A stretch of DNA of 64,000 nt from positions 10,672-74,671 of the forward strand of contig CALULN010000027.1 in NCBI GenBank assembly GCA_944321505.1. Direction: 5' to 3'. The position numbers and the translations under genes are program-made. This document shows, piece by piece, positions 17,201 through 25,446 of this stretch; position 1 is the stretch's first letter; every line of letters starts with the position of its first letter. The notes beneath the pieces are model-generated. The model worked only from the letters and a program-made list of their open reading frames with translations. It searched no databases and was not told the origin of the DNA. This DNA is from Candidatus Methanomethylophilaceae archaeon (GTDB lineage: Archaea; Thermoplasmatota; Thermoplasmata; Methanomassiliicoccales; Methanomethylophilaceae).

Positions 17201-18009
17201 TCAGGACCATCAATCTGCCGGCAGGCATCACCGACATACTGACGAGGGCGTTCTACGGAGCGGACAGCCTCTCGAGGATCAACTTCCCCTCGGACAACTC
17301 CCTCGTATACATCTGGAACGAGGCATTCAGAGGATGCACTCTGCTCACCACAATGGAGCTCACCGACGGCATCCGCTTCCTGGGATTCGAATCCTTCAGA
17401 AGCTGCTCCCAGCTGAGATCCGTGGCTATCCCGGACAGTGTGAAAGCGATCGGGGACGGTGCATTCTACGTCTGCGAGAATCTCGGATCCGTTGTCATCG
17501 GCACCGGGATCGACGGAATCCCCGACAGATGCTTCGCATACTGCACACTGCTGGAGAGCGTCACCCTGCCCGACAACATCGTCTCAATCGGCAACGAAGG
17601 GTTCCTGAAATGCTATGAGCTGTCATCGATCGACCTGAACAGGGTGAAAACGATAGGCAGAGATGCTTTCGCGCTCTGCAGCACCATCGACTCCGTCACC
17701 ATGGGAGCGGATCTCGAATCCCTTGGCGCCGGAGCATTCAGAGAGTGCTCCAATCTGGTGTCGATGACCGTGTACTGCGAGCCCCCGGAAGGGATGGATG
17801 CGGCATTCGACAATGCCTCGGCCATAGCCATCTCCGCTGACCCATCGGTTCTCGCCAAGTGGCAGGAAGCCGGATACAATGCGGAGGTGATCCCCCAGGA
17901 GACGCCCGAGGATCCCGCGGGACCCACCGGGCAGACTTTGCTCATCACTGTGTGCCTCATCGCCGCATTCGTGGCGATTGCATTCGTGGCCATCAGGCTG
18001 CGCAGATGA
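14260..18009 (+). CDS. 1249-aa adhesin-like surface protein: DUF4430-like module, Listeria-Bacteroides (InlB B-type) repeats, BspA-type leucine-rich repeats, C-terminal TM anchor
   Basis: DUF4430-like GSVKDVIDRGLENLGMSIAYDSSGRIESVNGVRTSNGETWNIHQY. Repeats ending FAGWASG, YTFTGWSAD, YTFKGWSST. LRR_5-type units (IGDSAFRDSEIRTINLP, IWNEAFRGCTLLTTMEL, IGDGAFYVCENLGSVVI, IGNEGFLKCYELSSIDL). Tail LLITVCLIAAFVAIAFVAIRLRR. Confidence 0.8.
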   Translation: MKRIAAAVVLAAVFASVALGFVAISEESDGASGTEIRLFVENADGTYAETVVDSAGSVKDVIDRGLENLGMSIAYDSSGRIESVNGVRTSNGETWNIHQYMPLGNPGWATVGFESRYDSMLISGTTYCLHTSSRLVESGSNLYESPEFKPESDGYVYIRFVYGYDDPGNPEVSKAFTPEIRKNGFWLKGTGTNMGEVLVDAMESNGFEVQTISGESGGNDLKFWITSLFGIEGDTSVGDNAWAYWSQYAYVNNEWGYNDFTLGYYDPGVYKYIAVVYIISVDMGIDTGGPLPDVRNIEILESTPDVTFRDADGGVLGTVEVQYGAQVDASSIPDPPVKEGMEFAGWASGNGDVSIQITEDTVFNATYVQTGSGKHTVSYYLNEAHTILLHRELVESGGKAAYSAEPYMMSTRESEYTFTGWSADLSSVTQDIGVHAVFGESPHRYPVTFIGYDGTVIDEVMVDYGSGVGSVPTAPERSPDVDSVYTFKGWSSTLAGYAPVDLDTIEGSTVVYAYYEKSVRQYTVTVYYEGSVLKEISTPYGRGLGDACYTTLFDDGFAKLYSDEDLKTPFPSTRGIYGDRTLYAEKIPGEYSVNTDSGGNMTGNNVTIVHDAASASKLPEVDGIIIAADLSQLPSRYAVFSAETVRALDSALGEYALVGILTSKGLVAMKAGDMLQLCESNDGANLTFRLMNPSNNAATNNALNGLNYTDRIKAEVLAGTESVDLASEGILVVVGIRASLGEGQTSDDAAAWSISTRGAVTSLKAWNAGGMTYCETDAPLFLAFGWTESAAETDEQLPDVPYGDVGYSKGGSGTEDDPYRSTLERMTLDSHRSVMWVPSALEGHPVTSIADQAFTDLKGVHHLVIPDTVVSFSLSSLLGSSVSDVYFLGDKPEFTGTLPDGITIHRASDTEGWGGYDAVTLEIGTYSIKGMSFEYYVVDGNAVLHRFLTGTDAALPATVTTGGTEYPLTIIGDSAFRDSEIRTINLPAGITDILTRAFYGADSLSRINFPSDNSLVYIWNEAFRGCTLLTTMELTDGIRFLGFESFRSCSQLRSVAIPDSVKAIGDGAFYVCENLGSVVIGTGIDGIPDRCFAYCTLLESVTLPDNIVSIGNEGFLKCYELSSIDLNRVKTIGRDAFALCSTIDSVTMGADLESLGAGAFRECSNLVSMTVYCEPPEGMDAAFDNASAIAISADPSVLAKWQEAGYNAEVIPQETPEDPAGPTGQTLLITVCLIAAFVAIAFVAIRLRR

Positions 18010-18016
18010 GCCCAAC

Positions 18017-18055
18017 GGGGCTTCGGCCCCATTTTCCATTCATTTGTATTTTTCA
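18017..18055 (+). terminator. Stem-loop plus T-rich tract after the 9-18 kb operon
   Basis: GGGGC-TTCG-GCCCC (18017-18030), followed by ATTTTCCATTCATTTGTATTTTT. Confidence 0.45.
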
Positions 18056-18134
18056 GCGAGGCACCGGGGATCGTCCGGCATCCGGATTGGCTGACCTGAA
18101 CCGTTATCTATACCCGGCATACCGAGCGGTGCAC

Positions 18135-18420
18135 ATAGCTGGTGTTCGACCCTTTCTCCACAGCATTAACGGCGCCGACACCCATCTTCGCTAAGATCGA
18201 TATTAAGAACGTGGGTTCGAACCTCGCCACCGCCATTCGCATGTCGTCGTCCTCGCCATGGCGCAGACGATGGCGGTTGTGGCAAGCTATTCTGAAACCA
18301 TAAGGGACATCTCCCGGAGGGGTCTGTCGCTCCTCACCCTCCCAGGCCCTGCGACCGGCGCATCCTGGCTCAGCTATTTCAAAGCGATACGGTCAAAGGG
18401 CGCTGGCTATGCTCTTCCGA
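18135..18420 (+). pseudogene. Frameshifted, 3'-truncated EamA transporter relic (paralog of 4223..)
   Basis: IFAKIDIKNVGSNLATAIR aligns with VFAKIGIKDVESDLATALR. After a frameshift, VVVLAMAQTMAVVASYSETIRDISRRGLSLLTLPGPATGASWLSYFKAIR aligns with VVVLAMAWLMVLVVGSYDTIDDISDRTLAFLILSGMATGASWLCFYRALQ. The relic ends where the RimK gene ends. Confidence 0.65.
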
Positions 18421-19303
18421 CCCGCATGATGATGTGCTCGATCACCAGACGTGAGACGTCGATGCCCGTGCAGAGCTCGATGTTCTCCGTGTGGGCGTTG
18501 GCGTTAACTTCGCACACCAGCGGACCATCGCTGCCATGAAGGATGTCGACGCCCGCAAAGTCGAGATCCAGCACCTCTGCCGCATGCACGGCGAGAGCGG
18601 CCTCCTTCTCCGTTGGTTCATACGGCTCCATGCTCCCTCCTCCGGTGACGTTGGACCTGAAATCACCCGGAGGAGCGGCGCGCTTCATGGATGCCACGGC
18701 CCTGCCGCCGACCACATGCACCCTGATATCCGAGCAGCCGCTCTCCGCCACGAACCTCTGCATCAGGAACGGGCGGTTGCCTATGCTCCTGGCGAAGCGC
18801 TTGGCCTCTCCTCTGTCGAACAGATGGACCTGCCTGCCGTAGGAGCCGTGCCTCTCCTTGAGGACGAAGGGCTCCCCAAGGACGTCGGCGGCACGGTCGA
18901 TGAATCCTGCGTCACCATAGCCGCAGAATCCTGACGGGACGGGCGCCACCACGGTCTCCGGCACCGGGATCCCCGCTTCGGAGAGCAGTATGCATGTCAT
19001 GGCCTTGTCGTCGCACGCAGCGATGGCTCCGGAGGGATTGAACACCTGGAGCCCTGCCGCCTCCAGGGAACGTGCCAGAGCTGCATCCTTATCCCAGAAC
19101 ACCACGGCATCCGGCCCGTCCCCGGCATCCACCCTCCCGCATCCCAGCAGCACGTGCACCATATCGCTCGGCACTGCCTCCGCCGTCACCCCCAGGCGCT
19201 CCGATGCCGCCTCCAGCATCCGGACGGGAGCGAAGTGCTTGTCCGTATGTATGAAGCCGTTGTGGACGATCCAGAGCCTCATCGCCTCCGTATGATGGTG
19301 CAT
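18407..19303 (-). CDS. RimK-family ATP-grasp alpha-L-glutamate ligase-like protein
   Basis: 298 aa with an ATP-grasp pattern (FVLKERHGSYGRQVHL, FLMQRFV, FRSNVTGGG, GVDIL...VCEVNANA). TAG stop at 18407-18409. Alternative ATG at 19282. Confidence 0.8.
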   Translation of the reverse strand: MHHHTEAMRLWIVHNGFIHTDKHFAPVRMLEAASERLGVTAEAVPSDMVHVLLGCGRVDAGDGPDAVVFWDKDAALARSLEAAGLQVFNPSGAIAACDDKAMTCILLSEAGIPVPETVVAPVPSGFCGYGDAGFIDRAADVLGEPFVLKERHGSYGRQVHLFDRGEAKRFARSIGNRPFLMQRFVAESGCSDIRVHVVGGRAVASMKRAAPPGDFRSNVTGGGSMEPYEPTEKEAALAVHAAEVLDLDFAGVDILHGSDGPLVCEVNANAHTENIELCTGIDVSRLVIEHIIMRVGRA

Positions 19304-19359
19304 CCCCTTAACCCTCGCCCTGCATCACCGTTTAATCGGAGCAGGCACCTTCCGCATCC

Positions 19360-20175
19360 ATGAACGATCAGGAGGCCTCACGGAGGCAATCCGAACTGCT
19401 CGGAAGGTTCCATATCGGAGAAGGGACGGATGAGGAGAGGCTCTCGCTCCTGCAGGAGGCTGCGGATCTCGGATCGCCGGAGGCCATGTGCATCCTGGGC
19501 GCGCTGCATCAGACCGGCTTCGGGGGCGCGGACCGCTCCCTGAAGAAGGCCGCGGAGCTTTTCAACAATGCACTGAAGCTCGGATACGCAGAGGCCTATG
19601 CACATCTGGGTCTGCTCTACGAGACCTGCTACGACGACCTGCCCAAAGCCAGGGAGCACTACCGCCGCGGTACCGAATCCGGGGATCCGCTGTCCATGGC
19701 CAACCTTGGCAGGATGGAGTACTTCGGGAAGGGCGCACCGTCGGATCTGCCTGAGGCGTTCAGGCTGTCCCTCGCCGCGGCCAGAAAGGGGGAGCACCAG
19801 GGCATGTACCTCGCCGGATGGATGCTGCATCTCGGCAGCGGCACCGACAGAGACGACCAGCAGGCTCTGTACTGGTTCAGCAGATGCTGCCGCGACTACC
19901 CGGACGCCATGCGTATGGTGGGGATCCTGAGGATGGAGGAGGGGACGCCCTACCGCGACATGTACAAGGGCATCGCGGCGGTGAAATGCGCGGCGGCCAA
20001 AGGGGACCCGGAGGCGCTGAGGATGATGGCGGACATCCGCTTGGATGTTGACATCCACGGACTCCCTGAGGACTACTTCGAACCTCCGCGGATCGATGCG
20101 TATGAAGAGGGAGAAGGCACATCGGAAGAACCTCGCAGGAAGAGGGGTTTCCTGGGCAGGATCCTGAGGAAATGA
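19360..20175 (+). CDS. Sel1-type TPR repeat protein
   Basis: Repeated units of the form A..LG.LY..G.G...D...A..W (GSPEAMCILGALHQTGFG, YAEAYAHLGLLYE, DPLSMANLGRMEYFGKG, HQGMYLAGWMLHLGSG). Confidence 0.85.
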   Translation: MNDQEASRRQSELLGRFHIGEGTDEERLSLLQEAADLGSPEAMCILGALHQTGFGGADRSLKKAAELFNNALKLGYAEAYAHLGLLYETCYDDLPKAREHYRRGTESGDPLSMANLGRMEYFGKGAPSDLPEAFRLSLAAARKGEHQGMYLAGWMLHLGSGTDRDDQQALYWFSRCCRDYPDAMRMVGILRMEEGTPYRDMYKGIAAVKCAAAKGDPEALRMMADIRLDVDIHGLPEDYFEPPRIDAYEEGEGTSEEPRRKRGFLGRILRK

Positions 20176-20736
20176 TCAGAACCAGCCCATGTGCTCCGCC
20201 AGGATCTTGACGCCTATCACCACGAGGATCAGGCCGCCCACAAGCTCGGCCCTTCTGCCGTACCTGTCGCCGAACATCCCGCCGAGCCTGACCCCGGCAG
20301 CGGATATGGCGAAGGTCACCACACCGATCATGACGGCGGAAGCGGCTATGCCGCCGCCCTCCATCGCCAGGGATATGCCGACGGCCAGCGCGTCTATGCT
20401 TGTGGCCACCGCGAGTACGAGCATCGTGCGGAATCCAAGGGATGCATCCATCTGCTCCTCTTCTGAGGACATGGATTCGCGGATCATGTTCAGACCGATC
20501 AGCCAGAGGAGTCCGGCTGCGATCCAGTGGTCGAAATCCGTGATGTAGGAATAGAACGAAATGCCCAGGTAGTAGCCGATGACGGGCATGAGGGCCTGGA
20601 ATCCGCCGAACCACACCCCGACGATCAGCATCTGCCTGATATCCGGCTTCCCCATGGCGAGGCCTTTGCACAGGGACACGGCGAACGCGTCCATCGCCAG
20701 TCCGACGGCTATGAGGAAGACGGCCAGCAGCTCCAC
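20176..20736 (-). CDS. mntP: Manganese efflux pump MntP
   Basis: 186 aa and about 6 TM. The duplicated signature (GLAMDAFAVS and ATSIDALAVG) is characteristic of MntP/YebN. GTG start. Confidence 0.85.
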   Translation of the reverse strand: MELLAVFLIAVGLAMDAFAVSLCKGLAMGKPDIRQMLIVGVWFGGFQALMPVIGYYLGISFYSYITDFDHWIAAGLLWLIGLNMIRESMSSEEEQMDASLGFRTMLVLAVATSIDALAVGISLAMEGGGIAASAVMIGVVTFAISAAGVRLGGMFGDRYGRRAELVGGLILVVIGVKILAEHMGWF

Positions 20737-20827
20737 GTCCAGCCGATGCAGGCATAGTATATGACCGTCACCGCCGGCTTCCCGTGCTGAGCTGCAAAAT
20801 CGGCGCTCATGTGAATGTTTTTATATG

Positions 20828-20845
20828 ATTTAGGAACTCCTAAAT
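20828..20845. promoter_or_regulatory. 18-bp palindrome ATTTAGGAACTCCTAAAT upstream of mntP
   Basis: Perfect 8-bp arms. Its reverse complement is 17/18 identical to 22840-22857. It lies 92-109 nt upstream of the mntP start, next to an AT-rich TATA-like stretch. Confidence 0.5.
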
Positions 20846-21070
20846 ATCGTCCTATGAGACAGGGCGCGACGTCCGAAGGAGCGATGCCATATGCCGATCG
20901 AATCCGCACCTGTCCGGAGGAACGGGTCATCAGCCCGGGGAGGGAAAGCAGAGGAAGGCGAGACCGAGAGAGAGAAGAAAGCGATTGTTCATAGCTCCAC
21001 AACATGTCTAGTAGAAACAGGAAGGCGGACCGCACACCGCCCGACGGTCTTACCAAGGCTCCCGGGGTCT

Positions 21071-22771
21071 TCAGAGCCCCGGGCGCCTCTCCGCCCCGCA
21101 GGGAAGCGACTCCCCTCCGGAGCGGATTCCCTCCACCACCGCCCTGTAGAGCCTCACGCCTCCGGCGAGATGGAAGCAATCGTATCCGTGCTGGACCATC
21201 ATCCTGCACCCTATGTAGCTCCTCAGACCGGTGCGGCATATCAGGCAGTAGCGCCTGCTGACGTCCAGTTCCGACAGGCGCTCCCTAAGCGAATCCAACG
21301 GGATGTTGATGCTGCCCGGGATGCTGTACTCCGCGAACTCCCCCTCGGTGCGGATATCCAGCATCACCACCTCCGGCGCCTCGCGCACCGCGGGGATGTC
21401 TTCCCAGTGCACCTGGCGCACCAGCCCGTCCACTAGGTTGGAGATCACGAACCCCGCCATGTTCACCGGGTCCTTTGCGGACGAGTACGGCGGGGCGTAT
21501 GAAAGCTCGAGCCCCTCCAGGTCCTTGGCGGTCATGCCCGCCCGGACAGCTACGGAGAGGATGTCGATCCTCTTGTCCACCCCTTCATAGCCGGCGATCT
21601 GCGCCCCGAGGATCCTGCCGGTGTCCGGATCGAAGACCGTCTTGACGGACATGCTCCTTGCCCCGGGGTAGTAGGATGCATGGGATGAGGAATACGTGAA
21701 CGCCTTGTCGCAGACGATGCCGGCCGCCTTGGCGGACTTCTCGCTGAGACCTGTGAAAGCGATCGTCATGTCGAAGACCTTGATCACGGACGTGCCAACT
21801 GTGCCATGGTATTCGGAATCCCTGCCGCAGATGCAGTCGGCTGCTATCCTGCCCTGCTTGTTCGCAGGGCCGGCAAGCGCGATATGGGACTCCCGTCCGG
21901 TGAGAGGGTCGGTCACGGATACGGCATCCCCGGCGGCGAAGATGCAGGGGTCGGATGTCCTCATGCGCCCGTCCACCCTGATGGCGCCCTTGACGCCGAG
22001 CTCCAGGCCGCAGTCCCTGGCAAGTTGGGTGTCGGGGACCACGCCGAGGGCTATGACCGCCATGTCCGCCTCCATGGACGTGCCGTCCGCCAGGAGGACC
22101 TCCAATGCGTCTCCGCCGCGGAACCCCGCCACGGATGCACCGTAGCGGATCGCCACACCGTTCCTGCGCATCTCGGAGGCGGCCTCTGCGGCGATCTCAA
22201 TATCCGCCGGCGGCAGTATCTGGGAGGACCTCTGCAGGATCGTCACCTCCAGACCCAGATGTCTGAGGTTCTCCGCAGCCTCCAGCCCTATGTAGCCTCC
22301 GCCCGCAACAACCGCTCTGCGGACCCCGGACCTGCGGGCGAGATCGTGCATGGCGAGGCAGTCCTCCACCGTGCGCAGCGTCAGCACCCTTGGGTCGTCG
22401 GCACCGCCCATCTCGGGCATGAGGGCCTTCGCCCCGGTGCAGATGATCAGGTAATCGTAGCTCTCGTCGTACTCCTCTCCGGATGTGAGAGAGCGGACCC
22501 TGACGGTCTTGGACGCGCGGTCGATCCTCACGGCTTCGGAGCGCACACGGACATCCACTGCGAACCTGGAAGCGAAGGACCCGGGGGTCTGAAGCGTCAG
22601 GGCGCTCCTGTCCTCGATAATCCCTCCGACGTAGTAGGGGAGTCCGCAGTTGGCATATGACACGTAGCCGGTGCGTTCCAGGACGACGATCTCCGCATCC
22701 TCGTCCAGCCTCCTGATCCTCGCCGCTGCCGATGCGCCTGCGGCTACCCCTCCGATGATGACGACCTTCAT
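21071..22771 (-). CDS. CoA-disulfide reductase/NADH oxidase-family flavoprotein with C-terminal rhodanese domain
   Basis: MKVVIIGGVAAGASAA FAD fold, redox-Cys motif SYANCGLPY, second Rossmann fold VVAGGGYIGLE, and a C-terminal rhodanese loop CRTGLRS. First plausible ATG at 22771. Confidence 0.85.
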   Translation of the reverse strand: MKVVIIGGVAAGASAAARIRRLDEDAEIVVLERTGYVSYANCGLPYYVGGIIEDRSALTLQTPGSFASRFAVDVRVRSEAVRIDRASKTVRVRSLTSGEEYDESYDYLIICTGAKALMPEMGGADDPRVLTLRTVEDCLAMHDLARRSGVRRAVVAGGGYIGLEAAENLRHLGLEVTILQRSSQILPPADIEIAAEAASEMRRNGVAIRYGASVAGFRGGDALEVLLADGTSMEADMAVIALGVVPDTQLARDCGLELGVKGAIRVDGRMRTSDPCIFAAGDAVSVTDPLTGRESHIALAGPANKQGRIAADCICGRDSEYHGTVGTSVIKVFDMTIAFTGLSEKSAKAAGIVCDKAFTYSSSHASYYPGARSMSVKTVFDPDTGRILGAQIAGYEGVDKRIDILSVAVRAGMTAKDLEGLELSYAPPYSSAKDPVNMAGFVISNLVDGLVRQVHWEDIPAVREAPEVVMLDIRTEGEFAEYSIPGSINIPLDSLRERLSELDVSRRYCLICRTGLRSYIGCRMMVQHGYDCFHLAGGVRLYRAVVEGIRSGGESLPCGAERRPGL

Positions 22772-22839
22772 GAACGCCCATCGGCTAACAGCGTTATCAT
22801 ATTTGCCCGATGACATCCCTACCGTTCGTGTAAGGTTTT

Positions 22840-22857
22840 AATTAGGAGTTCCTAAAT
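22840..22857. promoter_or_regulatory. 18-bp palindrome AATTAGGAGTTCCTAAAT in the divergent intergenic region
   Basis: It lies 9-26 nt upstream of ATG 22866 and 69-86 nt upstream of ATG 22771. It overlaps an AT-rich TATA-like stretch (GGTTTTAATTA). Confidence 0.5.
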
Positions 22858-22865
22858 ACACACGC

Positions 22866-23642
22866 ATGCAATCCGTGCTGCTGGTTGATTCGGGTTCCGA
22901 CCTGAACGGCGTTCCCGGAGCCGCGGAGATACACGCCGACAGGCTGTCGTCCATGCTCGACATGCCTGTCAGGTATGCATACCTGAGCCGTCAGGCACCG
23001 AACATCAGGGACGCCCTGAGGGAGTGCATCCTGTCCGGCTCAGACAGGATCGTCCTGCTGCCGCTGATGATAGCGTCAGAGGACGAATGCCGCAACGCGA
23101 TCCTCGACGCCATCGGCATCCGCAGGGGGTCTCCCGGAGTTTACAGCGTCGGCGGGTCGTCGGCGGAGATCGTGATATCCGAGCCGTTCATCGTCCATCC
23201 GCTCATGAAAGACATCTTCCGCAACATCATGAACGAATGCCGTGCCCATCCCAGGATGTCCGAGGCCGTGCTCATCAACCGCTGCCCGGCCGATTCCTCA
23301 GGGGACAGCATCGCCAACATGTGCGCGGGATACCTGCAGGAGATGGGATACGGCGTCCGCCTCTGCCGCCTCGGCCGCGGAAGGCAGACCGCAGGAACCG
23401 TGCTTAAGAACATGTCGAGGGGGTGCTGCGACTGCATCGCCATGATCCCCATGATGTCCACCCCGGAGATATGCTCCCGCTGCTCAGTGCCGCAGCAGCT
23501 GGGCATCGAGGGGTGTCCCGGCTCCAGGTCCGTCAGGCCGGGTTCCAGGGTGCACTACACCGAGGAGATCGGCATGCGCCCGGGGATCGTGTATATCCTG
23601 AAATCCATCGTCGAGGAATGCGGCATGGATGCGGCTGCCTGA
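22866..23642 (+). CDS. CbiX/SirB-like (class II chelatase fold) two-domain protein, putative; catalytic His not evident
   Basis: VLLVDSGSD...RIVLLPLMIASED in the first half resembles the CbiX pattern (LLVGHGS...VVPLFL). The second half repeats the pattern weakly. This is a low-confidence fold call. Confidence 0.35.
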   Translation: MQSVLLVDSGSDLNGVPGAAEIHADRLSSMLDMPVRYAYLSRQAPNIRDALRECILSGSDRIVLLPLMIASEDECRNAILDAIGIRRGSPGVYSVGGSSAEIVISEPFIVHPLMKDIFRNIMNECRAHPRMSEAVLINRCPADSSGDSIANMCAGYLQEMGYGVRLCRLGRGRQTAGTVLKNMSRGCCDCIAMIPMMSTPEICSRCSVPQQLGIEGCPGSRSVRPGSRVHYTEEIGMRPGIVYILKSIVEECGMDAAA

Positions 23643-23678
23643 GAATGTGTATATCCGCGCAACACCATCCGCCACCCA

Positions 23679-24155
23679 ATGGAACCGACCATCTCTTCAT
23701 TCCTGACTCTGATCGGGACGGTGAGCGTATCCGAGGACGGCGAAGGACGCATCACGGGGGTCTATCTACCATCATCCAACCTCCCCTGCATGGACGAGCG
23801 CGAGACGCCCGCCCTCCGGGAGGCGGAATCGCAGATATCCGAGTACCTGTCCGGCCACAGGCGGGCGTTCGACCTGGAGGTTTCGCTGGAAGGGCTATCG
23901 GAGTTCACGGTGGAGGTTCTGGATGCCGTGTCCGACATACCATACGGAGAGACGGCCACCTATTCGGAGATAGCCGAGGCGATCGGCCATCCGGGAGCTT
24001 ACCGCGCCGTCGGCACCGCCTGCGGGAAGAACCCTGTGCCGATCGTCATCCCCTGCCATCGCGTGGTGCCGTCGTCCGGCGGCATCGGCAGCTACGCCGG
24101 AGGATCCGCCCTCAAGAAGAGGCTGCTGGACCTCGAGGCGGGCATGCTCCGCTGA
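23679..24155 (+). CDS. ogt: Methylated-DNA--protein-cysteine methyltransferase
   Basis: 158 aa. Active-site motif IPCHRVV, preceded by YGETATYSEIAEAIGHPGAYRAVGTACGKNP. Confidence 0.9.
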   Translation: MEPTISSFLTLIGTVSVSEDGEGRITGVYLPSSNLPCMDERETPALREAESQISEYLSGHRRAFDLEVSLEGLSEFTVEVLDAVSDIPYGETATYSEIAEAIGHPGAYRAVGTACGKNPVPIVIPCHRVVPSSGGIGSYAGGSALKKRLLDLEAGMLR

Positions 24156-24234
24156 TGTCTCTTTTCAGACATTTCATGCCAGACACTGTATGCTTTAATA
24201 CTCTCAATCCCGATACTGCGATGAGGTGCCCGAA

Positions 24235-24786
24235 ATGATAATGGAGGAGATGCTCGCACACAACATGGACTTCGTCAAGAACAAGGAATACGAGAAGTAC
24301 AAGACGTCCAAGTACCCCAACCTTGGCATCGCGGTCATCACCTGCATGGACACCAGGCTCATCGAGCTGCTTCCCAAGGCCCTCGGATTCAAGAACGGCG
24401 ATGTCAAGATAATCAAGAACGCGGGAGGCATGGTCCTCACGCCTTTCGACTCCACCGTGAGGTCGGCGCTCATCTCCGTCTACGAGCTGGGCGTCGACGA
24501 GATCATGGTCATCGGCCATACCGAATGCGGTGTCACCGACATATCCGCCCCGAAGATCGTGGACAGGATGCTGGAGAGAGGCATCAGCAAGGAGTGCATA
24601 GATATGGTGCGCTTCTGCGAGATCGACATCGACAAATGGCTCTCCGGATTCGATTCCCCCGAGCAGTCCGTCAAGAACAGCGTGAGGATCCTCAGGAACC
24701 ACCCGCTGATGCCGAAGGACGTGCACATCGCCGGCTACATCATCGACATCGTCACCGGCGGACTGAAGAAGGTGTCAACCGACTAG
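24235..24786 (+). CDS. Beta-class carbonic anhydrase-like protein
   Basis: Zn-ligand motifs CMDTR and HTECG. The track start 24226 is GTG; the first ATG is at 24235. TAG stop at 24784-24786. Confidence 0.75.
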   Translation: MIMEEMLAHNMDFVKNKEYEKYKTSKYPNLGIAVITCMDTRLIELLPKALGFKNGDVKIIKNAGGMVLTPFDSTVRSALISVYELGVDEIMVIGHTECGVTDISAPKIVDRMLERGISKECIDMVRFCEIDIDKWLSGFDSPEQSVKNSVRILRNHPLMPKDVHIAGYIIDIVTGGLKKVSTD

Positions 24787-25446
24787 GCGGACCGCATAGG
24801 CCGCAGTGGGGATGACGCGGATCTGCGGATCCACAGACCGCCAAAGCCCTTCGGACCCGCTCCCCGTCAGCACGCCGGCGAAATCAACCCCGGCGCTCTT
24901 AGCGGAGATGTAATCGGACAGGCTGTCCCCCACGAACATCATTCCGTCGAGAGGTACGTCCAGAGCCTCGGACAGGTGCACCATGGCCATGGGGGACGGC
25001 TTCCCGTCCTCCGGCGGGAAGTTGTCGCGGCCGTGGACAGCATCGATATGCTCCATCATCCCGTACTCCGTCAGCAGGCGCACCGCATGGCGATGACTGC
25101 TGCGGGTGACCACGCCGATACGGATGCCCATGCTCTTCATGGTCCGCAATGCCTCCCTTATCCCCGGGCACACCGTCGCACCCCTGCGCCCATCCGACTC
25201 CGCTTCGGCGCAGGCGGAATCCAGCATGATGTTGAGGCAGTCCCCTTCTTCGGACCTGCCGTTCTCCTCCAACCACAGACGGAGAGGCTCCCGGTCGGAC
25301 CAGCGTTTCCCGCGCCACATCTCGTCCGCCGGGATCCCCAGGGGCTCCAGCACCGAGCGATTGATGTCCTCCAATCTCGCCATGCTGACGCTGGTGTTCA
25401 CCAGTGTGCCGTCCAGATCGAATCCGACCGCTCTGTAGCGGGGCAT
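24775..25446 (-). CDS. HAD-superfamily hydrolase
   Basis: Motif I is FDLDGTLVNT; motif IV is FVGDSLSD. The ATG at 25446 shares one base with the upstream TGA (TGATG). Confidence 0.8.
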   Translation of the reverse strand: MPRYRAVGFDLDGTLVNTSVSMARLEDINRSVLEPLGIPADEMWRGKRWSDREPLRLWLEENGRSEEGDCLNIMLDSACAEAESDGRRGATVCPGIREALRTMKSMGIRIGVVTRSSHRHAVRLLTEYGMMEHIDAVHGRDNFPPEDGKPSPMAMVHLSEALDVPLDGMMFVGDSLSDYISAKSAGVDFAGVLTGSGSEGLWRSVDPQIRVIPTAAYAVRLVG

